From assembly GCA_963705165.1 (NCBI GenBank), contig CAVPJD010000014.1:35573-99572 (forward strand): a stretch of DNA of 64,000 bases, written 5' to 3'. Made by a program: the position numbers and the translations under genes. Of the stretch, positions 41,147 to 52,795 are shown piece by piece. The first letter of the stretch is position 1, and each line of letters opens with the position of its first letter. The stretch comes from an uncultured delta proteobacterium. GTDB lineage: Bacteria; Desulfobacterota; Syntrophia; Syntrophales; UBA2192. The notes beneath the pieces are model-generated. The model had not been told where the DNA came from. It searched no databases and saw only the letters and a list, made by a program, of their open reading frames with translations.

Positions 41147-42973
41147 ATGCCTGCAAAATTTTCGCATTCGACAAGGGACCACAAATTCATTCTCAAGGAA
41201 TGGCTGGACATGAAGAAGGTCTTCGAGACGGAGCGCTTCAAGGGCGGCTACTCCGTGGAAGACATGGACTTCATCCTGGAGAACGCCTGGAAAGGGGCTC
41301 GCGACGCCGTGGCCCCCTCCTGCGCCGATTCCGATCACATCGGGTGCCGGTTTGAAAACGGCAAGGTGCTCACGCCCCCCTCCTCCAAGGACGCCTACTT
41401 CTTCATCGTCAACAACGGGTTCGGCGCAAACAACATGAACCCCGAGGATTCGTCGGCCCTCCCCGTCACCGTGCTGTGGGCGCTCTACGAGTATTTCATC
41501 GCCGCCAACCCTGGACTTCAGACCTACTGGCTCGCCAACTCGGGCTGTGCGGGCCTCATCCGGGATTTCGGCAGCGACGAGATCAAGCGGGCCTACCTGC
41601 CAATGCTCTACAGCGGCCAGTGGTCGGGCACCATGGACCTCACGGAGCCCCAGGCGGGCTCCGACGTGGGTGACTCCACGACGAAGGCCGTCCCGACGGG
41701 CGAGCCGGGCGCCTACCTCATCAAGGGGACCAAGTGCTTCATCAGCGGCGGCGAGCAGGACATCACGGAAAACATCGTGCACCTCACTCTCGCCCGGATC
41801 GAGGGGGCCGCCCCCGGCACGAGGGGCCTTTCGCTCTTTGTCGTGCCGAAATACCTGCCCGACGAAAACGGCAAACCCGGGACCTGGAACGACATCACCT
41901 GCGCCGGCATCGAGCACAAGCTAGGCCTGCGTGGCTCCTCCACCTGTGTCATCAGCTACGGCGATGAGGGCAAATGCAGGGGCTTTCTCCTGGGCAGCCC
42001 CCCCGGCGAAGACGGCACGGCCCAGGGCATGGCCCAGATGTTCAAGATGATGAACGAGGAGCGGCTGATGTCGGGCCTCTCCGCGTGCGCCCTGGCGGCC
42101 TCGGCCTACCACAGCGCCGTCCAGTACTGCAGCGAGCGGATCCAGGGCCGGCCCACGGCCAACCCGAAGTCGGGCCGCTGCGCGATCATCCGGCACGAGG
42201 ACGTCAAGCGGATGCTCCTCTACCAGAAGGCCCACGTCGAGGCCTTCCGCGCCATGGCGCTCCAGACCTTCTGGTGGGTGGACATCGAGAACTACAGCAC
42301 CGATCCGGAGCTGCACAAACAGGCCCGTGTCTTTCTCGAGATCAACACGCCCATCGTGAAGGCCTGGTGCTCCGATGCGGCCCTGCAGTGCATCTCCGAG
42401 GCCCTGCAGTGCTATGGCGGTTATGGCTTCTCCGAGGAATACCCCGCCGCGCAGCTCTACCGCGACGCGAGGATCTACCCGATCTGGGAGGGGACCAACT
42501 ACATCCAGTCCCTCGACCTCATCGGCCGGAAGATGACCATGAAGAAGGGCGAGGTCTTCCTCGCCTGGCTCAAGCACATCCAGGAGTTCGCCGAGGCCAA
42601 CAAGGGCGCGGCGGGCTTCGAGAAGGAATTCGAGATCCTCCTGGGGACACTCGGCAAATACATGGGAATCCTGAAAACCCTGCAGGGCTGGCTTGCCGCC
42701 CCGGGCATGCCCCAGCTCTACGCCACACGGGTCCTGCACGCCACGGGAAAGCTCTGGGGCGCCAAGCTGCTGCTGGAGATGGCCCTCATCGCCCAAAAGA
42801 AGATGGACGAGCTGGGCAAGGACCACTTCGATTACGCCTTCTACCAGGGCAAGGTCGCATCGGCCCGTTTCTTCACGAGAAACATCCTGCCGGAGATCGG
42901 CGCCCTGGCCGAGGTGCTGAAGACAGGCGATTCGACGGCCCTCGAGGCGCAGGAGTCCATCTTCTTCGCATAG
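41147..42973 (+). CDS. Long-form (~600 aa) acyl-CoA dehydrogenase
   Basis: TMDLTEPQAGSDV, GTKCFISGG, EHKLGLRGS, GGYGF..RDARIYPIWEGTN. Confidence 0.93.
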   Translation: MPAKFSHSTRDHKFILKEWLDMKKVFETERFKGGYSVEDMDFILENAWKGARDAVAPSCADSDHIGCRFENGKVLTPPSSKDAYFFIVNNGFGANNMNPEDSSALPVTVLWALYEYFIAANPGLQTYWLANSGCAGLIRDFGSDEIKRAYLPMLYSGQWSGTMDLTEPQAGSDVGDSTTKAVPTGEPGAYLIKGTKCFISGGEQDITENIVHLTLARIEGAAPGTRGLSLFVVPKYLPDENGKPGTWNDITCAGIEHKLGLRGSSTCVISYGDEGKCRGFLLGSPPGEDGTAQGMAQMFKMMNEERLMSGLSACALAASAYHSAVQYCSERIQGRPTANPKSGRCAIIRHEDVKRMLLYQKAHVEAFRAMALQTFWWVDIENYSTDPELHKQARVFLEINTPIVKAWCSDAALQCISEALQCYGGYGFSEEYPAAQLYRDARIYPIWEGTNYIQSLDLIGRKMTMKKGEVFLAWLKHIQEFAEANKGAAGFEKEFEILLGTLGKYMGILKTLQGWLAAPGMPQLYATRVLHATGKLWGAKLLLEMALIAQKKMDELGKDHFDYAFYQGKVASARFFTRNILPEIGALAEVLKTGDSTALEAQESIFFA

Positions 42974-43059
42974 AACCCGGGAGCCGCCATGAACCGATCG
43001 GGAATGGAAACCTTGATCTTGGAGAACAGACGATTAATTCTCACGAAAGGAGGAGAGAG

Positions 43060-44202
43060 ATGGATTTTGAACTGTCCGAAGAACTCAAGATGTTGAGGGA
43101 AATGACCTACAAGTTCGCCGTGGCGGAATTCACGCCCCACATCCGGGAGTGCGACGAGCACGAGAAGTACACCCCCGAGATCCGCAAGAAAGCGGCCGAA
43201 AACGGCCTTGTGGGGGCCTGGATCCCCGAGCAGTACGGCGGCTCCGGAGCGGGATTCCTGGGCAACGCGATCATCACCGAGGAGCTCTCGCGGGTGGACA
43301 TGGGGATCGGCCTCAACGTGATTGCCGCCCCCTTCGGCTGCGAGGCCATTCTCCAGAACGGAACGGAGGAGCAGAAGATGAAGTACCTGCCCCCCGTCTG
43401 CAAGGGCGACTGGGTCGCCGCCGGCGCCTACACGGAGCCCAACGCGGGCACCGACGTGGCGGGCTACAAGACGCGCGCGCTGCGCGACGGCAACGACTTC
43501 GTCATCAACGGCAACAAGATGTTCATCACCAACGGCACTGTCTGCGACTTCATGGTGCTCCAGGCCATCACGAAGCCCGAGGAAAAGAAGCACAACAGCT
43601 TCAGCATGATCATCGTGGATGCCAAATCCAAGGGCATCACCCGCACCAAGCTCAAGGGCAAGATGGGCATCCGCTCGAGCGACACCGCCGAGATCGCCTT
43701 CGAGGACGTGCGGGTCCCCCAGGCAAACCTGCTGGGCAAGGAAGGCCGCGGCTTCTACCAGCTCATGCACTTCTTCGACACGACGCGCTCCATGATCGCC
43801 GCACAGGCCCTGGGCCTCTCGGTTGCCTGCCTCGACGCGAGCGTCAAGTACTGCAAGGAGCGCACGGCTTTCGGAGCGCCCCTGGGCTCGTACCAGCTCA
43901 CCCAGAAGAAGCTCGCCGAGATGGCGATCCACATCGAGGCCCTGCGGACCCTGACCTACCGGGCGGCCTGGACCTTCGACATCGGCAAGCCCGACTACAC
44001 CCTCTCGGCCATGGCCAAGTTCCTGGGCGGCCAGACGGCCGTTTTCTGCGCCAACTACGCCGTCGAACTCCACGGGGGCTACGGCTACATGGACGAGTAC
44101 GTTGTCCAGAAGTACTACCGCGACGCCAAGATCCTCGAGCTCTACGAGGGCACGAAGGAAGCGGAGATCATGACGATCGGCCGCGTACTGCAGTCAAAGT
44201 AG
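43060..44202 (+). CDS. Acyl-CoA dehydrogenase (butyryl-CoA dehydrogenase-like)
   Basis: AAGGAGG RBS, TEPNAGTD, NGNKMFITNG, KMGIR, HGGYGY..RDAKILELYEGT. Confidence 0.93.
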   Translation: MDFELSEELKMLREMTYKFAVAEFTPHIRECDEHEKYTPEIRKKAAENGLVGAWIPEQYGGSGAGFLGNAIITEELSRVDMGIGLNVIAAPFGCEAILQNGTEEQKMKYLPPVCKGDWVAAGAYTEPNAGTDVAGYKTRALRDGNDFVINGNKMFITNGTVCDFMVLQAITKPEEKKHNSFSMIIVDAKSKGITRTKLKGKMGIRSSDTAEIAFEDVRVPQANLLGKEGRGFYQLMHFFDTTRSMIAAQALGLSVACLDASVKYCKERTAFGAPLGSYQLTQKKLAEMAIHIEALRTLTYRAAWTFDIGKPDYTLSAMAKFLGGQTAVFCANYAVELHGGYGYMDEYVVQKYYRDAKILELYEGTKEAEIMTIGRVLQSK

Positions 44203-44215
44203 TTTCCGGCAAAAG

Positions 44216-44268
44216 AAAATCCCCCTTCCATCCCCCTTTACAAAAGGGGGGAAAGAGGGGGATTTTTT
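44216..44268. repeat. AAAATCCCCC...GGGGGATTTT palindromic repeat (relatives at 51393-51474, ~59230 and 60653-60689)
   Basis: Shared termini and CCCCCTTT/AAAGGGGG core. Confidence 0.7.
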
Positions 44269-44298
44269 GAACGAATTGAACGAATCGAACCGTCTTTG

Positions 44299-45025
44299 TT
44301 ATTTCGTGAAGACCTTTTTCAGGAGCTCCGTCGTCCGCGCGGCGGGGTTCGTGCGGATCTTGGCCTCCTCCTGCCCCACCATGGTAAACAGGCCGTCGAG
44401 GGACTTGTCCGTCACGTACTTGTCGAGATCAAGGGAATCGATCTTCGCGAAGGGCATCATCGTCGTGTAGCGGTCCGTCATGGCCTTGTAGGCCTTCGTC
44501 ACGCCGACCTCGTTCATGCTCTGCGAGATGTCGGGCTTGAAGGCGTCGAAGAGCTGCGTCGAGGTCTTCGACTTGAAGTACTCCGTGGCTGCCGTGTTGC
44601 CGCCGCCCAGGATCTTCTGCGCATCGTCGATGGACATGGACTGGATCGCGCCGGCGAAAGATGTCGGCGGCCTTCGGCGCGGCCTTCTCCGCCGCGCGGT
44701 TCATGCTGAGGACAAAGGCGTCCACCTCCTTCTGGTAGCCCGCCATCCGCAGGGCGTCGCCCACCCGGCGGATGTTCTCCGGCAGGAGGATCTTCACGGC
44801 TTCGTTGCCGAAGTAGCCGTCCTTCTTCGACAGCAGGCCGACGGCGTTCTTCGTGCCCACGGAGAGGGCCTCTTTCAGGCCCGAGGCGACCGTGCCGGAC
44901 TCCTGCGCGGAGCCGCCGGAGGGAATGGCCGGTAGCGCTTTCAGGAGGTCCGTCATGTCGGCCGCGTTAACCGCAGGGACAATCAGCAAAAGGAATAAAC
45001 TGAGCGCAAAAACCGTTTTTTTCAT
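44299..45025 (-). CDS. DUF4197-family exported protein, frameshift near 44655
   Basis: [21 protein letters not shown] in one frame; [28 protein letters not shown] in the next. Confidence 0.85.
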
Positions 45026-45173
45026 CGTCCTTCCTCCGTCTTGATCTCATTGTGCCGTTGCGTCAGGACCCGGCCGACCCCGGGCGGCCCTTCCATCGAT
45101 CCGCCATTGCCGTAATCGCCGCTTTAGGGTATCCTGTCCGTGATTTTTCAATCCCTGTAAAGGATAGATTACC

Positions 45174-46222
45174 ATGAGCACCGTTTCCTCGAAAAGAAAA
45201 AACCTGCAGGAGCTTCTCTTTCCCCCGGGGGATCCCGTCCGTTGTGGTGCCCCCCGCTCACGCACTTCGACGCCGGCCGCCGGATCGACCTCGGCCGGAT
45301 GGAGGCCCACCTGGCGTGGATGATGCCCCACGTGAAGGGCTATCTCGTCCCCGGCTCCACGGGCGACGGATGGGACCTCGACGACGCCGAGACGGATACG
45401 GTTGTCCGGTTTGCCGTCGACATGGCGCGAAAGAAAGGCGTTTCGCTTCTGCTGGGGGCCCTCCGGAAAAATACGGTGGACGTGACGGGCAGCATCGAGC
45501 GGTTCCTGGACATCCTGCGCAAGCTGACCGGCAAGACCGATCCCCTTGCGGCCCTGATTGCGGCCGGCGTCAGCGGTTTCACCATCTGCCCGCCCGCAGG
45601 CAAGGACCTCGACCAGGCGACGATCGGCGCGGCCCTGGAAATCATGCTGGACAAGGGGCTTCCCGTGGCACTCTACCAGCTTCCCCAGGTCACGGGAAAC
45701 GAGGCGGCGCCGGAGACCTTCGCAAGGCTTGTCGCCAAATACCCGAATCTCATCCTCTTCAAGGATTCGAGCGGCGCCGACCGCATCGCCCTGTCCGGTG
45801 TCGATGCGCATGGCGTGTTCCTCGTGCGGGGCGCCGAAGGGGACTATGCCCGGTGGCTCCGGGCGGCCGGCGGGGCCTACGACGGCTTCCTGCTGAGCAC
45901 GGCCAACAGCTTTCCGGCCGGGCTCCTGGCCGTTGTCGACGGGATCCGGGAGGGCCGACTCGACGAGGCGGTGAGGATCTCCACGGCGCTCTCCGGGGCC
46001 GTGGGGGAAGTCTTCGGCCTCGTCGGGGAGATCCCCTGCGGCAATGCCTTCACCAACGCCAACAAGGCCATCGAGCACTTCATGGCTTTCGGGCCGAAGG
46101 CCGCGGACCGGGAGGGACCCATGCTCCACGGAGGCATCCGCATCCCTGCCGGCATCATCTCGGCCACGGGCGAGAGCCTGCGGCGTTACGGCCTGATGCC
46201 CGAAAAAGGATATCTGGAGTAA
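45174..46222 (+). CDS. Dihydrodipicolinate synthase / N-acetylneuraminate lyase family protein, N-terminal frameshift near 45230
   Basis: PLTHF, PGSTGDG, LYQLPQVTG, FKDSSG. Confidence 0.8.
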
Positions 46223-46300
46223 AAGAACGCGAGGAAGAAGAAGAGCGCGGAAAAACGTGTTGCCCGGAAGGGCAAACTGAACAACGAAAGGGAAATCGTT

Positions 46301-46926
46301 ATGGGCAAGACGAGAATCGCAATATGCGGGAATCCTGCTTTTTGCGGCGGCACTGCTGACCCTGTCCTGTGCCTCCCCCATGCAGCTGACGGACAACTGG
46401 AGGAACTCGACCTATACGGGACCGGCCTACAAGAAGATCATGGTCGTCGCCATGACGAAGCAGGACGACATGAGGCAGCCCCTCGAGGACGAGTTCGCCA
46501 AACAACTCAGGTCGCGGGGCGTCGAGGCGGCCGCTTGCTATGAATGCATTCCCGACCCCGACAAGGTAACACGGGAGGAGCTGGTGAAGGTGAGCCAGGG
46601 GATGGGAATCGAGGCTTTCCTCATCGTGCGTGTCCTGGGGGTGGGAACCGAGGTTCAATCCTACCAGGCAGACAGCCCTTCTCCCATGGCAACCTCCACC
46701 GGCATGGATTCGATGATGAACATGCAATGGTTCGGCCCCGAGCCGCTTGATGAGCAAGCGAAGCGAGGTGGCAACGCTGGAGTCGAGGCTCTACGACGGG
46801 AAAACCGCGGAGATCGTCTGGCGATCCACCGTCGATGCCGTCAATCCCTCCCCGAGCGAAGGCCAGATCTCCAAATTTGTCAGCCTGGAATTGAAGGCCC
46901 TCGGCGACAAGAAGCTGATTCGATAA
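46301..46926 (+). CDS. Hypothetical lipoprotein, frameshifted
   Basis: LTLSC lipobox, YKKIMVVA..RQPLEDEF, LESRLYD..IVWRS across frames. Confidence 0.6.
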
Positions 46927-46978
46927 AGTGCCGAGCACTCGGATTCAGCGATCGGATATTCCGAAAAAGGCTGTGCAC

Positions 46979-47512
46979 ATGAAAAGGGTTATCGCGAGTT
47001 TATTCCCTGCTGTCGCGCTTGCGCTTTCAGGGTGCACAACCCTGACAGGCACAGACCTCTCGAAAGCGCCGCCGACGGTTGCCCGCGTCGAGCTTGCCCG
47101 CTATCAGGGGACCTGGTACGAAATTGCCAGGCTCCCGATGTGGTTCCAGAGAAATTGCCTGCGCTCGCAGGCCACCTACGGGATTCTCGAGACGGGCGAG
47201 GTATCCGTCCTCAACGAGTGCGACACCGGGAGCGGAAAAGACTCCATCCGCGGCAGGGCCCGGGTGGTGGACGCCAAGACAAACGCCAGGCTTGAGGTCC
47301 TCTTCGACAACTGGTTCTCGGTCTTCATCCCCTCCCAGCCCCAGGGGAATTACTGGATCCTTTATCTCGATGAAGGCTACCAGACGGTGATCGTCGGAAC
47401 GCCGGACCGGAAAAACCTCTGGATCATGGCGAGAACACCGGTGCTCGACGAAGCCCAGTACGCCAAACTGGTTGGAGTTGCCCGTGGCCTGGGCTTTGAA
47501 ACGGAAAGCTGA
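46979..47512 (+). CDS. blc: Bacterial lipocalin lipoprotein
   Basis: LSGC lipobox, RYQGTWYEIARLP, YWILYLD, LWIMARTP. Confidence 0.9.
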   Translation: MKRVIASLFPAVALALSGCTTLTGTDLSKAPPTVARVELARYQGTWYEIARLPMWFQRNCLRSQATYGILETGEVSVLNECDTGSGKDSIRGRARVVDAKTNARLEVLFDNWFSVFIPSQPQGNYWILYLDEGYQTVIVGTPDRKNLWIMARTPVLDEAQYAKLVGVARGLGFETES

Positions 47513-47640
47513 TACGCAGACAAGGCAAGTGATAGAAGTGGCAAGGTGGCATGTGTGGCAAAAGTGAAAAGAGAACCGGTAATGGGGTCTTCCTTCTTGC
47601 CTTTTGCCTTTTGCCTTTAGCCTTTAGCCTTTACTCTGAC

Positions 47641-48430
47641 ATGAAGATCATCCCTTACAAGGACCACTACGACCCGCATCTGCTCCAGCCTGTGCCGAGG
47701 GCTCCGCACCGCCGGGAGCTCGGGATCGAGGGTACCCTGCCCTTTACCGGCGCCGACTTCTGGACGGCCTACGAGCTGTCGTGGCTCGACTCAAAGGGCA
47801 AGCCGAGGGTGGCCATGGCGACATTTGTCGTTCCCGTCGAATCGCCGAACCTCATCGAGTCCAAGTCCTTCAAGCTCTATCTCAACTCCTTCAGCCAGAC
47901 CCCGTCGCCTCCCCGAAGGCCCTGCAGGACATTCTCCTCAAAGACATCGGAAACGCCTGCGGTGCGACCGTCGCAGTGGAGCTCGTGTTGCCCGGGGATT
48001 TCCCCGATGAGCACATCGAGGAGCTCGACGGGGAGTTCATCGACGAGATCGACGCAGAGATCCGGGACTACCGGCCGAAACCCCGGGCATCTCTTGACGG
48101 GTCGCTAGCCGAAGAGACGCTCGTCTCGAATCTGCTGAAGACCAACTGCCCGCTGACGGGCCAGCCCGATTGGGCCAGCATCCAGATCCGCTACAAGGGC
48201 CGCGGCTCGACCGCGAGGGCCTGCTAAAGTACCTGGTGTCCTTCCGGCAGCACGGCGGTTTCCACGAGCACTGCACCGAGAGCATCTTCATGGACCTCAT
48301 GCATCGATGCCGGCCCGAGAGGCTCACGGTCCATGCCCGCTACACGCGCCGCGGCGGCCTTGACATCAACCCTTTCCGGACGAACTGCGGCGACAAATTG
48401 CCGCGCAACGTGCGGACAGCCAGACAGTAA
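47641..48430 (+). CDS. queF: NADPH-dependent 7-cyano-7-deazaguanine reductase (two-domain), frameshifted
   Basis: [46 protein letters not shown] spread over frames. Confidence 0.9.
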
Positions 48431-48478
48431 AAAGAGGCGCAAGCCACAAGCAACAAGCGCAAGGCGAACGAGGTTATC

Positions 48479-49911
48479 ATGCCCTTCCCGGATCACAAGA
48501 CGAAGATCATCTGCACGATCGGACCCGCCTCGGAGTCCAGGAAGTCCTGGAGAGAGATGATCCGGGCGGGAATGGATATCGCGCGGCTCAATTTTTCCCA
48601 CGGGGATTTCGCCGGCCCCGCGGGGACATCAGGAACATCCGCGCCGCCGCGAAGGCCACGGGGCGGCGCCTGGCCATCATGGCGGATCTCCCGGGCCCGA
48701 AGATGCGGATCGGGAAGCTGGAGCAGGAGCCCGTCGAGCTAGACGGCGACATTCACCCTCACCACGGAAACATCACGGGTAACAGGAGCCGGGCCTCCGT
48801 CATCTTTCCCCGGCTTCCCGGAGGTGGTGAAGCGGGGGACACGCTCTTTCTCAACGACGGGCTCATCCAGCTGGAGGTACTCGAGTCGGCGGCGCAGAGG
48901 TGAAGTGCCGTGTCCGTGGGAGGGGAATCCGCTCCCGGTAAGGGTCTCAATCTGCCGGGCATCGACCTGGGCATCAGCGCCTTCACCGAGCAGGACCGCG
49001 GTGGCTGAGGTTCGCCGCTGGAGAAGGGCCTCGATGCCGTCAGCCAGTCCTTCGTCGAGAAGGCGCCGCCGATATCGCCGCCGTCCGCGAGGCGGCCGAC
49101 GGCCATGGGCTACCATCCCTTGATCATCGCCAAGATCGAGCGGGCCCGGGCGCTGGACCACATCGATGCCATGCTCGAGGCCGCCGACGGGCTCATGATC
49201 GCCCGGGGGGATCTGGGTGTGGAGATCCCCATCGAGCAGATCGACCGCGTACAGAAAAGGCTCATGCGCCAGGCCAACCTGCTGGGAAAGCCCGTCATCA
49301 CGGCCACCCAGATGCTCGAGTCCATGATCGCAAACCGCCGCCCGACCCGCGCCGAGTCCACCGACGTGGCCAACGCCATCCTCGACGGCACGGACTGCGT
49401 CATGCTCTCGGGGGAGTCAGCCATCGGGAAATTCCCCGTCGAGGCGACGGCCATGCTCGCCCGGATTGCCGCGGCAACGGAACCGACCCTGCCCGCCTAC
49501 GCCGTTGCCGAAAAGCTTCGATCACAGAGGCGTGACGACGGGATTCGGCTCATGGATCTTATCGCCATGAGCGTGAGAACGACGGTGGAGCGCGTGACCC
49601 CGGCGGCCGTCTTCGTCCCCACGCGAAGCGGGTCAACGGCAAGAAGCATCGCCCGCTTCCGTCTGCCCGTCTGGACCGTCGCCGTAAGTTCCCTGGAAGC
49701 CACCTGCCAGCGCCTCCAGTTTTCATGGGGGGTCTATCCCGTCTTCGAGCCCGATCACCCCGATGATTGGCGAAGCTACATCGCCTCGTGGATTGCCGAT
49801 CAGGGTTTGGGGGGGGATATGGCAGTCCTCACGGAGGGTCCCTCGTCAAAGCACCCCGAAGCCAATCACCGCATGGAAATCGTTGACCTCTCGGCCGCAA
49901 AAAAGCTATAA
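48479..49911 (+). CDS. pyk: Pyruvate kinase, several frameshifts in the N-terminal half
   Basis: [56 protein letters not shown]. Confidence 0.92.
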
Positions 49912-49948
49912 ATAGACGCTCCAAATCCGAATTCTCGAGGAAGGACCC

Positions 49949-50695
49949 ATGAAGACGCTCGTATTGATCCGCCACGGCGAGAGCACCTGGAACAAGGAGA
50001 ACCGATTCACCGGCTGGACGGACGTGGGGCTCTCGGAAAAGGGGGTCGAGGAAGCCCACCAGGGGGGCAGGATTCTCGCGAGAGAGGGCTTCGTCTTCGA
50101 CATCGCCTTCACGTCCGTGCTCAAGCGAGCCATCAAGACCCTGTGGATCGTCCTCGAGGAAATGGATCTCATGTGGATACCCGTCCACAACAGCTGGCGG
50201 CTCAACGAGCGCCATTACGGGGCTCTGCAGGGCTTGAACAAAAAGGAGATGGCCGAGAAGCACGGCGAGAAGCAGGTCCACATCTGGCGCCGAAGCTACG
50301 ACATCCGGCCTCCGGCACTAACCCCCGACGACCCGCGCTTCAACGGGAGAGACCCCCGATACAGCAGGCTTGCGCCCGGCGAGATTCCGCTCACGGAGTG
50401 CCTCAAGGACACGGTGGAGCGATTCCTGCCCTACTGGCACGAAACGATCGCCCCAGCGGTCCGCTCGGGACAACGCGTCGTCATCGCCGCCCACGGAAAC
50501 AGCCTGAGGGCCCTGGTGAAGTACCTCGACCATGTTCCGGACAATGAGATCGTCGACCTCAACATCCCCACGGGAATCCCTCTCGTCTACGAACTCAACG
50601 ACGACCTGACCCCCATCCGAAGTTACTACCTTGGAGACCCCGAGGCCGTCGCCAAGGCCACCCAGGCCGTAGCAAACCAACTAAAAAAAGGGTGA
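49949..50695 (+). CDS. gpmA: 2,3-bisphosphoglycerate-dependent phosphoglycerate mutase
   Basis: [26 protein letters not shown]. Confidence 0.97.
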   Translation: MKTLVLIRHGESTWNKENRFTGWTDVGLSEKGVEEAHQGGRILAREGFVFDIAFTSVLKRAIKTLWIVLEEMDLMWIPVHNSWRLNERHYGALQGLNKKEMAEKHGEKQVHIWRRSYDIRPPALTPDDPRFNGRDPRYSRLAPGEIPLTECLKDTVERFLPYWHETIAPAVRSGQRVVIAAHGNSLRALVKYLDHVPDNEIVDLNIPTGIPLVYELNDDLTPIRSYYLGDPEAVAKATQAVANQLKKG

Positions 50696-50834
50696 AGCAT
50701 GCGCCCGTCCACGAGTTCATCAACCCTTGTCCTTTAAAGAGGCAGGCAACATAAAGCAAAGAAACAAAATAGTCTACAAACGTCGCGATGCGGTTATAAT
50801 GACCCAAACAAAAAACAAGAAGGAGGATTGAAAC

Positions 50835-51335
50835 ATGAGGAAATGGATTGTGCTGTTTGTGATGTTTTCCCTATTGATCCCGGCGGCCGTGGCGATTGCC
50901 GACGAGGCCCAGGTGAACCGCTATGTCGAGATGCTGCGGCAGGACATCCGGGACCAAAAAGAGGCCATCATCCGGGAAACGATCACGTTCAAGGAAGGTG
51001 AGGGAAAGGAGGCCGCGGCCTTCTGGAACACCTACAGGGACTATCAAAAAGATCTGAAACAAGTCGTCGATGTCCGCATCGCGCTCATCAAGGACTACGC
51101 AGTAAACTACGACAAGATGACCGAGAAGAAGGCGGAGGAGATCGCCAAGAAGGTCTTCGAGAATGACAAGGCCGCCCTCAAGCTGAAGGAGAAATATTAC
51201 AAGAAATTCATGAAGGCCATGGGCGCCTCGGCGGCCAACCGGTTCTTCCAGGTCGAAAACACGCTCAACAGCCTCATCATGCTCCGGATCAACACGGAGC
51301 TTCCCCTGTTCCCCCAGCGGGTGCCGGCGAAATAG
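50835..51335 (+). CDS. Exported helical hypothetical protein
   Basis: AGGAGG RBS, signal peptide, FWNTYRDYQ..F(F)QVEN pattern; TATAAT at 50795. Confidence 0.8.
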   Translation: MRKWIVLFVMFSLLIPAAVAIADEAQVNRYVEMLRQDIRDQKEAIIRETITFKEGEGKEAAAFWNTYRDYQKDLKQVVDVRIALIKDYAVNYDKMTEKKAEEIAKKVFENDKAALKLKEKYYKKFMKAMGASAANRFFQVENTLNSLIMLRINTELPLFPQRVPAK

Positions 51336-51721
51336 TGCGGCCTAAGGCCGCAGGCATCAGGCTACAGGCTTCAGGTATCAGGCTCCAAAAGAGAAAATCC
51401 CCCTCTTTCCCCCTATAAAGATCATTTCCTTAATCGGAAAGGGTCATTATCGGGGGATGAAAGGGGGATTTTTCTGTCTGCTCTGTCGCTTCGCGAAGGC
51501 TGCAGGCATCAGGCTTCAGGCTACTGCTACGCGGCAGATTTAGGAATTGGAAATTGGGTATTGGGTATTCATAAGCCCGATTCCTGAATCCCTAATCCTT
51601 TTTTCCTTGTTGCTTGCTGCTTGATCCTTGTTGCTATTTATCTGCCTTGTAGCTTGTGGCTCTTCTTCTCTCACTTCCTCCACTTCCCGCACTTCTCTCA
51701 CTGCGGCGAAGCCGCCTTACC

Positions 51722-52795
51722 CTACCCCCTTGCCATCGCCGCCTCGTAGATGCCGACAAGCGCCCTTGCCTCGTCGCCGGAACCGGGCATGCGGGATGCG
51801 TAAGCTGCGCCTGCTTCGCCCAGCTTTCGTCGAAACTCCGCATCATCGATGAGCATCAGGGACTTTCTCACGAAATCATCCCTCCCTCCGGGTTCGAAGA
51901 GAAGCCCCATGGGCAGATCACCGGGATCGCCGAGAACGGGCCAGCGGTTGCCGGGGATGTCGGCGGCAAGAAGGGGCTTGCCGGCTGCCTTCCCCTCGAT
52001 CAGGACGTTGGAGAGCCCCTCCGAAAAGGACCCGTTCATGACGATGTCTGCAGAGCTATAGGCCGAGCGCATGGCCGCAGGCGCTATCGCCTGGATCCAG
52101 CGCGCAAAGGCCTGCAGCCGCGTTACTTCCCTGCGAAAGCGATCCGTGTATTCTTCGTCGAGGGACGGCCCGGCAAAGACAATGCGGGCCCGGTCGCGAA
52201 GGCCGTGGACCCTCTCAAAACCAAGCAGGCATTCCAGGTTGCCTTTCACGGGGCGGATTCCGGCAGGCATGAAGAACAGGACGTCATCGGGGCCGGCACC
52301 GGCTGCGCTGCGCAGCTCCGAGGGTTCTTCGCCCAGCCAGACGAAGGACTTGGGTACAAAAAACAGCCGATCCATCCTCTCCGGGACAAGCTCTGCCAGC
52401 CGTATTCTTCCCTCTTCGCTCTGGATGATGATCGCATCGGCCCGACTCAGGACCCTGCCGACGATTTCCCTGCCCGACTGGCGCCTTGATTCGATATTCA
52501 TATCGGTACCCGAGGGCGACACAACGAGGGGAAGCGTTTCCCATGCGTGGGCCAGGGCAGGGTGGCACAGCAGCCCTCCGGCGCGGTAGGCATTGTGGAC
52601 ATGGATGAGATCCGGATTAAACCGCGATATCTCACCCTTGAGATCGCCGGGGACAAGGCTCTCGGTAGCAAGCACGTGGACGTCAAGCCCCATGCCCACA
52701 AGGGATCGGCGCCAGCGCTCCGCTGTCATGGCATTTCCCGACACCGTCGGCAATGCCGTCGGCGTGAGAATCAACAGGCGAAAGGAACTCAACAA
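51722..52795 (-). CDS. GT4 glycosyltransferase with TPxxxxxxSGNxxTAxRW N-terminal motif
   Basis: GIRPVKG, SFSEGLSNVLIEG, DIPGN GT-B motifs; overlaps the upstream gene. Confidence 0.88.
   Translation of the reverse strand: MLSSFRLLILTPTALPTVSGNAMTAERWRRSLVGMGLDVHVLATESLVPGDLKGEISRFNPDLIHVHNAYRAGGLLCHPALAHAWETLPLVVSPSGTDMNIESRRQSGREIVGRVLSRADAIIIQSEEGRIRLAELVPERMDRLFFVPKSFVWLGEEPSELRSAAGAGPDDVLFFMPAGIRPVKGNLECLLGFERVHGLRDRARIVFAGPSLDEEYTDRFRREVTRLQAFARWIQAIAPAAMRSAYSSADIVMNGSFSEGLSNVLIEGKAAGKPLLAADIPGNRWPVLGDPGDLPMGLLFEPGGRDDFVRKSLMLIDDAEFRRKLGEAGAAYASRMPGSGDEARALVGIYEAAMARG

Noticed and set aside
41974..43059. N-terminal extension making a 742-aa acyl-CoA dehydrogenase fusion
   Set aside because: Overlaps the upstream gene out of frame; the real start is at 43060 after an AAGGAGG RBS
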